Shown: piece by piece, positions 35,007 through 43,730 of the stretch
Position numbering within the stretch: the stretch's first letter is position 1
Layout of the letters: each line of letters starts with the position of its first letter
Program-made: the position numbers and the translations under genes
Notes under the pieces: generated by a model
What the model was told of the DNA's origin: nothing
Database searches by the model: none
What the model saw: the letters and a program-made list of their open reading frames with translations, nothing else
Source: a virus
Strand: one strand, 5' to 3'
Length of the DNA stretch: 64,000 nt
Virus record (IMG/VR): IMGVR_UViG_3300049460_000157
Coordinates: 10,741-74,740 of that record

Positions 35007-35480
35007 GTGCGTACGCAATTTCATCGATCGGTCAAACGGCCGGTCAAGCTGCCGGCGATCTTCCGGCACACACCAGACCAGGAACTGAGTCTCAAACTTA
35101 TCCCGCACGGCCATCTTCAGGCCGTAGTGGACGGCCGCGGTACCGAAGAAGAGTTCCTGACTGTCACCTTCCGGGTGATGGTCGGTGGCTCACTCACAGC
35201 ATTCGCTGACGAAGCAGGCGAGAAAGCACTCGAAGGCGTCTATGTCGATGCACTCAAGGCACTCGTTTCTGTGGGTGAACGCTACGAAAGACTCGGCAAG
35301 TTCGGCTGTAACGGCGATGAACTGAAGAGTCTGAAGGACGCAATCAACCTGACCGACGATCTGCAGGAAGTCACCACCCGCCGACAGCAGGCGGAGATGT
35401 ACAAACAGGTGATGGGCTTTGTCGGAGGCTTTGCTTTCACGATGAAGAACCTTCGCACACTCGTGGGGAAGATGCAGTGA
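35007..35480 (+). CDS. hypothetical protein
   Basis: 157 aa, GTG start with GGGAG RBS. Confidence 0.65.
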   Translation: MRTQFHRSVKRPVKLPAIFRHTPDQELSLKLIPHGHLQAVVDGRGTEEEFLTVTFRVMVGGSLTAFADEAGEKALEGVYVDALKALVSVGERYERLGKFGCNGDELKSLKDAINLTDDLQEVTTRRQQAEMYKQVMGFVGGFAFTMKNLRTLVGKMQ

Positions 35481-35830
35481 CTACCTGTGAGCTGGTGCTG
35501 GAGCTTCTCGAGTTCGGGGAGATGACCGTGACCGAGTTGTTTGAGTCCCTTGGCTCCTTTCCCCGGTCGACCATCGGCAGTGCCGTGGAGAGACTGCATG
35601 AGCGCAACCTCATCCACGTCCACTGCTATGAGCGCACCCGTGTCGAGCCGGCACCCGTTTACGCACTGGGCGCCGGCAGTGATGCCAGGAAGCCTCCGGC
35701 ACGGACATCGACGCAGCGTTCCCGCAAGTACCGGGAGAAACACACCGCAGTGGTGCGGGCAAGACGGGCTGCACGGGATGACAGCAAGTTCCGCCATGTC
35801 ATCCAGCTGTTGGCACACGTCACCGGTTAA
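35477..35830 (+). CDS. winged-helix DNA-binding protein
   Basis: GEMTVTEL...RSTIGSAVERL...LIHV...PVYALG wHTH pattern with basic tail. Confidence 0.6.
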   Translation: MTTCELVLELLEFGEMTVTELFESLGSFPRSTIGSAVERLHERNLIHVHCYERTRVEPAPVYALGAGSDARKPPARTSTQRSRKYREKHTAVVRARRAARDDSKFRHVIQLLAHVTG

Positions 35831-35845
35831 CGTTAGAATCAAGTT

Positions 35846-36028
35846 TGTGGGACGCTTCTGTAGATGCTGTCAACAGGAGCGGCGTGTTTAGGGGGGGTAT
35901 GAAAATGCCTCCCCTCTTTTTCCCGGCTTGATAGAGATATCTTTGTAGTCTCTCAGCAGCTGGTCGGTTATCCCCCTCGGATGGCCAGCTGTTTCGGGGC
36001 AGGCACGGCAATGCCTGCCCCATTTTTT
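35846..36028 (+). ncRNA. two tandem hairpin-plus-terminator small-RNA candidates
   Basis: Promoter TTGGCA-18-TAGAAT (35810-35839); hairpin 35853-35881 + terminator 35890-35921; hairpin 35957-35991 + terminator 35996-36028. Confidence 0.5.
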
Positions 36029-36138
36029 CCAGTCTGTTTATCCAGGGGATCTGGGCGGCAAACCCGATCCGAAATTAGGATGCCGCCTGAAATTGGAAAG
36101 GGGTCCAGATCTCCGCGATAAGCTGATTAGGAGGACTA

Positions 36139-36441
36139 ATGCTGTCCGAGAAGAAATACCGCGAGGTCGTCGGTGAAATATGCCGAAACCATTTGCGGGA
36201 CAACAACGACTTCATCCTCTCGCTGGCCATGAACGGTCTGGTGTTGCTGCCTGTGGAGAGCAATCCGACCACACCGTTCATGCACTACTGGCTAACACCC
36301 GATCCGATCTACGAGATTGGAACCAACGGGGAAGTGATCACACCCTGGGTGCAGAGCTGGATCGCTGACTTTGACTGGCAAGAAAACAAACGGCCTGAAG
36401 CCGTATTCACGTTCACCCCACTGAACCCATTAGAGAGATAG
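36139..36441 (+). CDS. hypothetical protein
   Basis: 100 aa, AGGAGG RBS. Confidence 0.6.
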   Translation: MLSEKKYREVVGEICRNHLRDNNDFILSLAMNGLVLLPVESNPTTPFMHYWLTPDPIYEIGTNGEVITPWVQSWIADFDWQENKRPEAVFTFTPLNPLER

Positions 36442-36443
36442 AC

Positions 36444-38921
36444 ATGCAAGTCGCAGACATTCAAGGCGATGCCACCGCAGCCACGCTCGGTGCGCAGAAG
36501 ACCACCGCAGTCGGTATGGTTGAAGATGCCGCATTCCTGATGATGCTGGCCACCAACCTGTACTCGAACCAGAAGCTGGCGTGCATCCGTGAAACGCTGT
36601 GCAACGCCTGGGATGCACACATCGAGGCGGGGCGCACCGATGTGCCGGTCAAGGTCACCATTACCGACGAGTATGAGCTCGTCATCGAGGACAGCGGCAA
36701 CGGTATTCCGGCCGAGGACTTCCCGATGGTCTACGGCACGATGGGCGGCTCGACCAAGAGCAAGAACGTGAAGGTGACCGGTGGCTTCGGCCTCGGTGCC
36801 AAGTCACCCTGGTCCTATGCGGATTCGTTCCGTGTGATCAATGAGAACCAGGGAACGAAGACTATCTACAACCTGGTGCGCGCCAGCGTGGAAGCGGAGG
36901 GCAAGCCCGCCATCCAGCAGGTCATGCAGGTGCCGACTGAGCGCAGCGGACTCACCGTGCGCATCCAGCTGCAGCAGAAGGATGTCGAGCAGATGGCCGA
37001 ATACATCCGGGCGGTCGTCATGCACGGCGACATGAACGTGCTGTTCAGTCGTCCAGGCGTCACGGAAACGCAGCTCGCCACGATGAACCTGTCGACCGAA
37101 GTCGGCAGCTACAGTGTGGCCGACAACTGGTACTTCCAGTACATGGGCAACCATTCGCTGTTCGTGCGCTACGGCGCCGTCATCTATCCGATGCTACAGA
37201 CGCCGGGTACGCAGAAGGCGGTGGACCTGCTCAAGCAGTTCATGGAGCTCGTCGGCTTTCGCAAGATGGTCGTGCAGGCGGCACCGGGCACACTGGCACT
37301 GACACCGAACCGTGAAGCACTCTCGTCGAGCAAGATGACGGAGGACGGCATCACGGATCTGTGCGTGGCACTCGTGGCCCGCATCGAGGACGACCTGATC
37401 AAACAGATCCCTGGTTCGATAATGACCGCGGTGGCCAAACTGTCATCAGGCGAATCGTTCTATACCGGCCTGGACCAGTATGTCAACAGCACGGAGGCTA
37501 TTGATCCATTACCGGTGCGACGGTATCTGGGTTCGCATCTCGGTGCAGCCACGCGTGCGAAGTATGAAAACCTGCTGGCAGCTGCTGAGCATCGGGGCTT
37601 CAAGACCAAGCACACCTTCACCAACAAGGCGGCGACCCGTGAGTATCACCGTCTGCGCCGGCGCCTCGTCGACAAACACTGGACGGCAAAGGAAGACCTG
37701 AAACACGCCTTCCTGAAGCACTACATCCTGCGGCCGCTTTCGCGTGTGTTCCAGAAACACCCGGATCTGCTGAAGGTCAGCGAGTTCTTCCATGCCAAGC
37801 GTTTCTACTTTGACCGGCGCGAGAAGCATGAGCATTTGCTGAGCCGGGTCAGTGCAGACGAGTTCGGCAACCTGAAGCAGCTGGTAGACAACCCGACCGT
37901 GTTTGTCACTTCGCGCCTGAAGAATCTCGACGATAGCATCCAGTGCTGCCCGAGTGTCGTCCATGGTCAGGCTTCCTGGGTCTACCGGATCGCGCCGAAG
38001 GATGTGAACAAGGACGCCATCATCAAGGCATTCGAGGACGCTGGCTTTCAGGTCGTCGATCTCACGCTCAACCATTCATGGGATAGCGTGGCCACCGAGC
38101 TGGAAATTGCCAAGCTGAACCGTGCAGCCAGTCGCCGGGCGCAGGCCGGGCAGCTCGATCTGGCGGTGGGCTCGAAGAAGAAAGCCAACCTGCTGATGTC
38201 GCTCACCAACGTCTATCACGACGACACAGGTGAGCGAAAGATGCACCAGAATCAGATCAAGCTAATGAAGTCAGTCACCGATACGACCGACACGCCGCGT
38301 TTCTACGTGACGGTGGAGGAGGTGACGAAGAACGGCAAGCTCGGCATGTTCGGCACCTACCTGGATCTCACCGATGAGGAGCGCAAGCTCGGCGTCGTTG
38401 TGCGTACGGGTGTGGAAAAGAACATGGCACTGAAGCGCGGGGCTGTGCACGTCGACAGCTATCTGGCGAAACGTCTGTGGGATCTCGTGCACACGAAGCA
38501 ATACGCGGACTACTGCACGAAGCAGCGCAAGGCGGGACTATTCGACCACCACCACGTTCAGGAGACGCAATTAGAGCTGCTCGAGTACCTGGACATCAAG
38601 CTCCCCGGCTTCGACAAGCTCACGGAAAACGCAGCGTTCGACCGTGCTGCATCCCTCGTCGAAGGCATCAGCGCCACCTACTTTTCCTCTCTGGTTCCTG
38701 ACCTGACGATGGAGCAGTTGCGGCATTACGCCGATGTGGTGCGTCGATACAAGCTCGACGAACTGCCGTGTGTGGTGAAGCTGAAGGCACTGAAGCAGGA
38801 CCGGATTGCACAGGGACTGATCCAGAGCTGCAGCAACTTCACGGAGCTGGCCAAACAACACCCGGAGCGTAAAGCCGCTCTCAAATCGCTCGTCATGGGC
38901 GCATTCAAAAACGGAAACTGA
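36444..38921 (+). CDS. rIIA: rIIA-like protein (GHKL/HATPase N-domain)
   Basis: LYSN...IRETLCNAWDAH, IEDSGNGI, STK...TGGFGLGAKSPWSY. Confidence 0.9.
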   Translation: MQVADIQGDATAATLGAQKTTAVGMVEDAAFLMMLATNLYSNQKLACIRETLCNAWDAHIEAGRTDVPVKVTITDEYELVIEDSGNGIPAEDFPMVYGTMGGSTKSKNVKVTGGFGLGAKSPWSYADSFRVINENQGTKTIYNLVRASVEAEGKPAIQQVMQVPTERSGLTVRIQLQQKDVEQMAEYIRAVVMHGDMNVLFSRPGVTETQLATMNLSTEVGSYSVADNWYFQYMGNHSLFVRYGAVIYPMLQTPGTQKAVDLLKQFMELVGFRKMVVQAAPGTLALTPNREALSSSKMTEDGITDLCVALVARIEDDLIKQIPGSIMTAVAKLSSGESFYTGLDQYVNSTEAIDPLPVRRYLGSHLGAATRAKYENLLAAAEHRGFKTKHTFTNKAATREYHRLRRRLVDKHWTAKEDLKHAFLKHYILRPLSRVFQKHPDLLKVSEFFHAKRFYFDRREKHEHLLSRVSADEFGNLKQLVDNPTVFVTSRLKNLDDSIQCCPSVVHGQASWVYRIAPKDVNKDAIIKAFEDAGFQVVDLTLNHSWDSVATELEIAKLNRAASRRAQAGQLDLAVGSKKKANLLMSLTNVYHDDTGERKMHQNQIKLMKSVTDTTDTPRFYVTVEEVTKNGKLGMFGTYLDLTDEERKLGVVVRTGVEKNMALKRGAVHVDSYLAKRLWDLVHTKQYADYCTKQRKAGLFDHHHVQETQLELLEYLDIKLPGFDKLTENAAFDRAASLVEGISATYFSSLVPDLTMEQLRHYADVVRRYKLDELPCVVKLKALKQDRIAQGLIQSCSNFTELAKQHPERKAALKSLVMGAFKNGN

Positions 38922-38922
38922 A

Positions 38923-40926
38923 ATGAAAAACCTCGTGACTATCGTGGCACTGTCGGTTGATACCCGCTATGCCACGCTGTACCTGCAGGATGGCTCGACG
39001 CTGAACATCGAGCAGGGAGACGCACGTCTCCCGCGGATTGTGGAGCAATCGAAGAAGGAACTCGAGGCCGGACTGGCAGTGACAGTCGACGTGACGCCGA
39101 TCTTCGTGCAGCGCACGGAGTTCGGTGACGCGGAGAAGGGTACCAAGGGCGTGGTGAAGTTCTTCCGCGTGGCGAAGTCCTTCCTGAAGGGACTGGTCAA
39201 TACCGAGTCGCCGGAGAAGGTGGACGAGGCAGTTGCCCACATCTCGCCGCTGCAGATCGGTGTCTTTCCGGGCCAGCCGGAATCGAAGTTCGAAGTGGTG
39301 GACTCGGGCATGGGTATTCACCATGTGCCCAAGGAAGCAACGAACCAGGGAACCAAGGAAGAAGATGGACCTGCAGATCCGACGCCGGCTGTGGCTGATC
39401 TCTCTCAGGCTGAAGCTGATGCGGCTGTCAAGGCACGTCTCGACGAAGCCGCAGAAGAAAACGCAACTACCGGTCAGGCCGCCCGGCCGCTAACCAATGA
39501 CCAGAAGCTGGACGCAGCGCGAGCTCGCATGCAGCAGCTGGTCGGCAACAGCGTGGGCACCGACCGTGCGGAGTTCCATACGCCGCTGAATGAGGAGACG
39601 GAAACGATCGTGGCCGTGCATGAAAAGTCGGGAGCAATCATTCCCGACGCACACAAGCTGGCCCGTCAGTTGCGCTCTGCACAGAAGCTCCAGGATTACG
39701 CCGGCTTCGAGAAGTTCATCGAGCGTCTGGCCGGCATCATCGACCAGCGCGGCCACTCGGTCGAAGACCTGATGAAGTTCATCGAGAAGGGCGATCTGCC
39801 GATTGCCGATGATGGTTCCATCGTCATCTACAAGCGGCTGAGCAACCAGGGCGATCACTTCGTGGACGTGCACTCACGCAACATCAAGCAGAAGGTCGGC
39901 TCGTACGTGTTCATGAAGCCAGGTCTGGTAGACCCCAACCGTCGCCAGGACTGTTCGAACGGCCTGCATGTGGCCTCGCTCAGCTACCTCAATGGCTTCA
40001 GCGGCGAGATCACGGTGATCGCCAAGGTCCGTCCGGAAGACGTGTTCGCGGTGCCTGAGTACAGCCACAACAAGATGCGGGTCTGCGGCTACCACATCCT
40101 GGCGAACCTTCCGGACAAACTGCGTCACCTGGTCAACGGTGGTGGCTCAATCAGCAGTGATCCGGACGGCGCCGTGCTGCTCAACAACGTGCTGCGAGGC
40201 AACCACATCGGCGTCACCCAGCTCGTTGAGGTCGGCGGCCACAGAGGCAGCAACGTGACCTACATGGACGCCGGCCCGAATGCACGCAGTGCAGCACCGG
40301 CGCCGATCAGCGGTGCCGCCGCGGCACTAGCGATGGCACGCGGCACAGCCGAGACGCTCGACATGCAGGAACCACTCGAACCGAAGGCTCCGGAGGCGCC
40401 TGACGTGAAGGCAGCGGACCTGGTTGCCAAGCCTGACAAAGAGCTTTCAGCGCCGGTGATAAATAACCTTATGTCAAATTCGACGGAGAAGAAGGCAGAT
40501 AGCGCCCAATCGACGACGAAGCCGACACTTGCGCAGCAGGCTGCCGATCTGTACGCCAGCATGCTCGATGCACAGACCTTCCCGGCAGAAAGAAAGGCTG
40601 CTAAGGCACTGCGCGATCTCAAGCAGAAAGCCCGCAAAGGCTGGACGGCACTGGGACTGCCGGCCGATACCGGCGACGAGATTGCCAAGTTCCTGGGCGA
40701 AGCAGCCCAGCCGGTGCCGGCCAGGGTCGATCGCAAGAAAGCGCCGAATAAGGTGTCCTGGCCCAAGGTTGAAAAATCAGCCGCGGTCAAAGATACCCTG
40801 GGGGATAGGCAGAAAACGGCCATCGATCTTCTGAAGGTTGGAGGCGTCTCAAATATTGAGATTGCCCGTAAAACGGGGCTCTCCAAGGACCAGATCTTCC
40901 GTCTGAAGAAGAAGCACTGTGCGTAA
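38923..40926 (+). CDS. rIIB: rIIB-like protein with C-terminal HTH
   Basis: LPIADDGSIVIYK, D.HS, VDPNRRQDCSNGLHV, KVRPEDV.AVP.Y...KMRVCGY. Confidence 0.9.
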   Translation: MKNLVTIVALSVDTRYATLYLQDGSTLNIEQGDARLPRIVEQSKKELEAGLAVTVDVTPIFVQRTEFGDAEKGTKGVVKFFRVAKSFLKGLVNTESPEKVDEAVAHISPLQIGVFPGQPESKFEVVDSGMGIHHVPKEATNQGTKEEDGPADPTPAVADLSQAEADAAVKARLDEAAEENATTGQAARPLTNDQKLDAARARMQQLVGNSVGTDRAEFHTPLNEETETIVAVHEKSGAIIPDAHKLARQLRSAQKLQDYAGFEKFIERLAGIIDQRGHSVEDLMKFIEKGDLPIADDGSIVIYKRLSNQGDHFVDVHSRNIKQKVGSYVFMKPGLVDPNRRQDCSNGLHVASLSYLNGFSGEITVIAKVRPEDVFAVPEYSHNKMRVCGYHILANLPDKLRHLVNGGGSISSDPDGAVLLNNVLRGNHIGVTQLVEVGGHRGSNVTYMDAGPNARSAAPAPISGAAAALAMARGTAETLDMQEPLEPKAPEAPDVKAADLVAKPDKELSAPVINNLMSNSTEKKADSAQSTTKPTLAQQAADLYASMLDAQTFPAERKAAKALRDLKQKARKGWTALGLPADTGDEIAKFLGEAAQPVPARVDRKKAPNKVSWPKVEKSAAVKDTLGDRQKTAIDLLKVGGVSNIEIARKTGLSKDQIFRLKKKHCA

Positions 40927-40962
40927 AGCAACATAGCGGCGGGGCTTACAACTTCCTATATA

Positions 40963-40994
40963 CCTCTAGTCAAGCTAGACTAGAGGTTATTTTT
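40963..40994 (+). terminator. terminator after rIIB
   Basis: CCTCTAGTC-AAGCTA-GACTAGAGG plus TTATTTTT. Confidence 0.65.
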
Positions 40995-41009
40995 AAGGGA
41001 GTTGTAACC

Positions 41010-41363
41010 ATGTCTAACGTCTACCGGGCAAACCGGAAGGCTACTGACGGCGACATTATTCGTCTGAACAGTGTCGGCCTGTCGTTGTCCACCATCGCGA
41101 AGCTGCTGGACTGCCATCCAACCACCATCACCCTTCGTCTGAAGGCATTGAACATTGCACCGGCCGACACTCGCCGTACCTTCATGGAAGATGTCTTCAT
41201 GTCCATGTCGCGTCAGCAGCAGGATTGGCTGGCAAAACAGCTGGGGCCGCACATTTCCATCAAGGATTACGTGCGCAACCTGCTGGTGAAAGAATTTCTG
41301 TCGCAGGACAGACCACCTACCGGGGATACTCATGAGCACCAAAAAGCAGTCGAAGCCAGTTAA
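41010..41363 (+). CDS. HTH DNA-binding protein (conserved N4-like)
   Basis: IIRLNSVGLSLSTIAKLLDCHPTTITLRL...ADTRR.FME. Confidence 0.8.
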   Translation: MSNVYRANRKATDGDIIRLNSVGLSLSTIAKLLDCHPTTITLRLKALNIAPADTRRTFMEDVFMSMSRQQQDWLAKQLGPHISIKDYVRNLLVKEFLSQDRPPTGDTHEHQKAVEAS

Positions 41364-41838
41364 AGCCAGTACCTTGAGCGCTACTTTTGACTGGATCAAG
41401 ACGGCACGTCCTAATCCGGACAGCAAGCAGTTCCATACGCAGACGGGAGTCCACTTCGAGGAAGTGGCGGAGATGATCGACGAGATCACGCCGACTTCTC
41501 CCAAAGCGACGGTGCTGCTTCACGAGGCGAAGGTAGCCCTCAAGGCATTGGCGACTTACCTGAAAGAGTCCGATGAAGTGATCACGGTCGAGCCGCATGC
41601 CCGCACCGACTTCCTCGATGCACTCTGCGACCAGATCGTGACGGCAACGGGTGTTGGCTACCTGTGCGGTTTCCCGATTGTGGATGCCCTCGACGAGGTC
41701 AACGCATCGCTCTATTCGAAGTTCGTCGATGGCAAACCCATCTACGACGCGAACATGAAAATCGCCAAGGGACCGGACTTCTTCAAGCCGGATCTCTCCG
41801 CATTCGTGCCGGCCCGCATCCCCGTCCTGCTCGACTGA
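41332..41838 (+). CDS. MazG-like NTP pyrophosphohydrolase
   Basis: QTGVHFEEVAEM, LDALCDQIVT, EVNAS..SKF.DG...KIAKGP.FFKPDL. Confidence 0.85.
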   Translation: MSTKKQSKPVKASTLSATFDWIKTARPNPDSKQFHTQTGVHFEEVAEMIDEITPTSPKATVLLHEAKVALKALATYLKESDEVITVEPHARTDFLDALCDQIVTATGVGYLCGFPIVDALDEVNASLYSKFVDGKPIYDANMKIAKGPDFFKPDLSAFVPARIPVLLD

Positions 41839-41909
41839 CCCCCCTCTCCAAGATAACAGGCGCCCTCCTTCCACAGGACGGCGCCTGGCTCAACACGCCC
41901 GGAGGCAAT

Positions 41910-43211
41910 GTGGAGCAACTCAAGTCCTTACCCCTGAACCAGGGACAACAGGCAGCCGCTGATGGCTTTTTCGAATTCCTCTTCAGCAAGGACAAGGAAC
42001 TGATCCTGTCCGGCCCAGGTGGCGTAGGCAAGACCTACCTGATGGGCTACCTGATCGACCAGGTGATGTCGCAGTACCTGTCCACCTGCAAGATGATGGC
42101 GCTCACGCCCGAGTACACCGAAGTCCAAATGACGGCGACCACCAACAAGGCGGCCGAAGTCCTGTCCGCAGCAACCGGCCGGCCCGCTGAGACGATCCAC
42201 TCGTTCCTGAATCTGACGATGAAGGAAAACCACCTGAGCGGCCGTGTTCACCTGACCAAGAGCAAGCAGTGGAAGGTCCACGAGAAGATGATCATCTTCA
42301 TCGACGAGTGTTCGATGATCGATAGCGACCTGCGCGGCTACATTCTGGAAGGCACGGCCAAGTGCAAGATCATCTACGTGGGCGACCACTGCCAGCTGGC
42401 ACCGGTGACGGAAACGCTCTCCCCGATCTATCGGGATGGGCTGCCCTTCTTCGAGCTCACCGAGCCGATGCGCACGAAGACCCCCGAGCTGCAGGCGGTG
42501 AATTTCCAGTTGCGCCAGACCGTCGAGACGGGTGAATTCCACCCGATCCGGATCGTGCCGGGCATCATCGATCACCTCTCCGATGAGGAGATGGAGTATG
42601 AGATCGGCCTGCAGTTTGCGCAGCAGACGCACGACAAGCGCATTCTCTCCTACAAGAATGATCGGGTGATTCAGTACAACGAACACATCCGATCGGTGCG
42701 TCAGCTTCCGGAGAACTTTGTTCAGGGCGAGTTCCTGGTCAACAACAATGCGATCCGTCAGGCCAGCCAGATGATGCGGGTCGAGGAAGAAGTCGAGATC
42801 GAGAGCCAGTCATCTGAAACCGAGATGGCCGATATCGACGACGATGTCCAGCTCGAGTTCCGCCGCACCACACTGAAGAGCCGCTCTGGCAGCTACTACA
42901 GCAACGTGATGGTACCGGTCGACCGGGATCATTTCCTGAAGCTGATCAAGTTCTACCAGAAGAGCAAGAACTGGAACCGTTACTTCTTCCTGAAGAACAA
43001 CTTCCCGGACCTGCGTCAGCGGGACGCGGCCACCGTGCACAAGGCACAGGGCTCGACCTACGACACGGTGTTCATCGACCTGGGTGACCTGTCCACCTGT
43101 CACAACCCGAACGTGGTGGCCCGTCTGCTGTACGTGGCATTCACACGTGCGCGCCAGCGGGTCGTGCTTTACGGTACCCTGGCAGACAAATATGGAGGCC
43201 TGATCCAGTAA
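41910..43211 (+). CDS. SF1 DNA helicase (Dda/RecD-like, N4 gp37-like)
   Basis: GPGGVGKT, ATTNKAA, TIHS, IDECSMI, GD..QL.PV, TVHKAQGSTY, YVAFTRA; GTG start with GGAGG RBS. Confidence 0.92.
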   Translation: MEQLKSLPLNQGQQAAADGFFEFLFSKDKELILSGPGGVGKTYLMGYLIDQVMSQYLSTCKMMALTPEYTEVQMTATTNKAAEVLSAATGRPAETIHSFLNLTMKENHLSGRVHLTKSKQWKVHEKMIIFIDECSMIDSDLRGYILEGTAKCKIIYVGDHCQLAPVTETLSPIYRDGLPFFELTEPMRTKTPELQAVNFQLRQTVETGEFHPIRIVPGIIDHLSDEEMEYEIGLQFAQQTHDKRILSYKNDRVIQYNEHIRSVRQLPENFVQGEFLVNNNAIRQASQMMRVEEEVEIESQSSETEMADIDDDVQLEFRRTTLKSRSGSYYSNVMVPVDRDHFLKLIKFYQKSKNWNRYFFLKNNFPDLRQRDAATVHKAQGSTYDTVFIDLGDLSTCHNPNVVARLLYVAFTRARQRVVLYGTLADKYGGLIQ

Positions 43212-43221
43212 GGAGAAAGCT

Positions 43222-43722
43222 ATGGCCCTGACATGTATCAATCCGTTGATCGACGAGATCAAGTCCACGCTCTTCGCACCGGAAAACCGGCGACTCGCCA
43301 CAGCCATTGACCGGCTGGTTGTCCAGAACGACGAAGAGTGTGAGCACCCATACAAGGGCTTCCTGTTCGCTGGCGAGGTCTACCGGCACAGCCTCGGCAA
43401 CACGATTTACAAGTCGTGGCCGGTGCTCGCCTATGCACTGAACGGGGACATGGAGCGATGGCTAAAAGACAAAAAGCAGGTGCAGCTCGACGAGGCGCAG
43501 ATCGGCCAGATGCTGTTCAAGCTGCTCTACCAGGCGAACGACCTGCAGGAGATCCGCGACACCCTGCCGGAGTGTCTGGTTTCCCTGGTTCCGCAGCTGC
43601 GTGCGATGCCACGCAAGTTCAATCAGGAGTTCCTGATCCGGCACAACGAGCGGGATCTGAAGCAGTTTCGCAAGATCCTGCCGAAGATCGAGATGTACGC
43701 GATGGCAAGCCTGATTTACTGA
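43222..43722 (+). CDS. N4 gp38-like protein
   Basis: 166 aa between helicase and polymerase; QEIRDTLPECL motif. Confidence 0.7.
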   Translation: MALTCINPLIDEIKSTLFAPENRRLATAIDRLVVQNDEECEHPYKGFLFAGEVYRHSLGNTIYKSWPVLAYALNGDMERWLKDKKQVQLDEAQIGQMLFKLLYQANDLQEIRDTLPECLVSLVPQLRAMPRKFNQEFLIRHNERDLKQFRKILPKIEMYAMASLIY

Positions 43723-43730
43723 GGAAGGAA

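Noticed and set aside
35965-35975. CGGTTATCCCC resembles the end of a type I-E CRISPR repeat (possible RNA anti-CRISPR)
   Set aside because: Only about 11 nt of similarity and the repeat's internal hairpin is absent
43416-43730. N-terminal extensions in ORF-track calls (polymerase, helicase 41664, Rep 21233, AAA 27498, RNAP1 18337, endolysin 3642)
   Set aside because: They overlap upstream genes or intergenic signals; downstream starts have an RBS or translational coupling and match family N-termini
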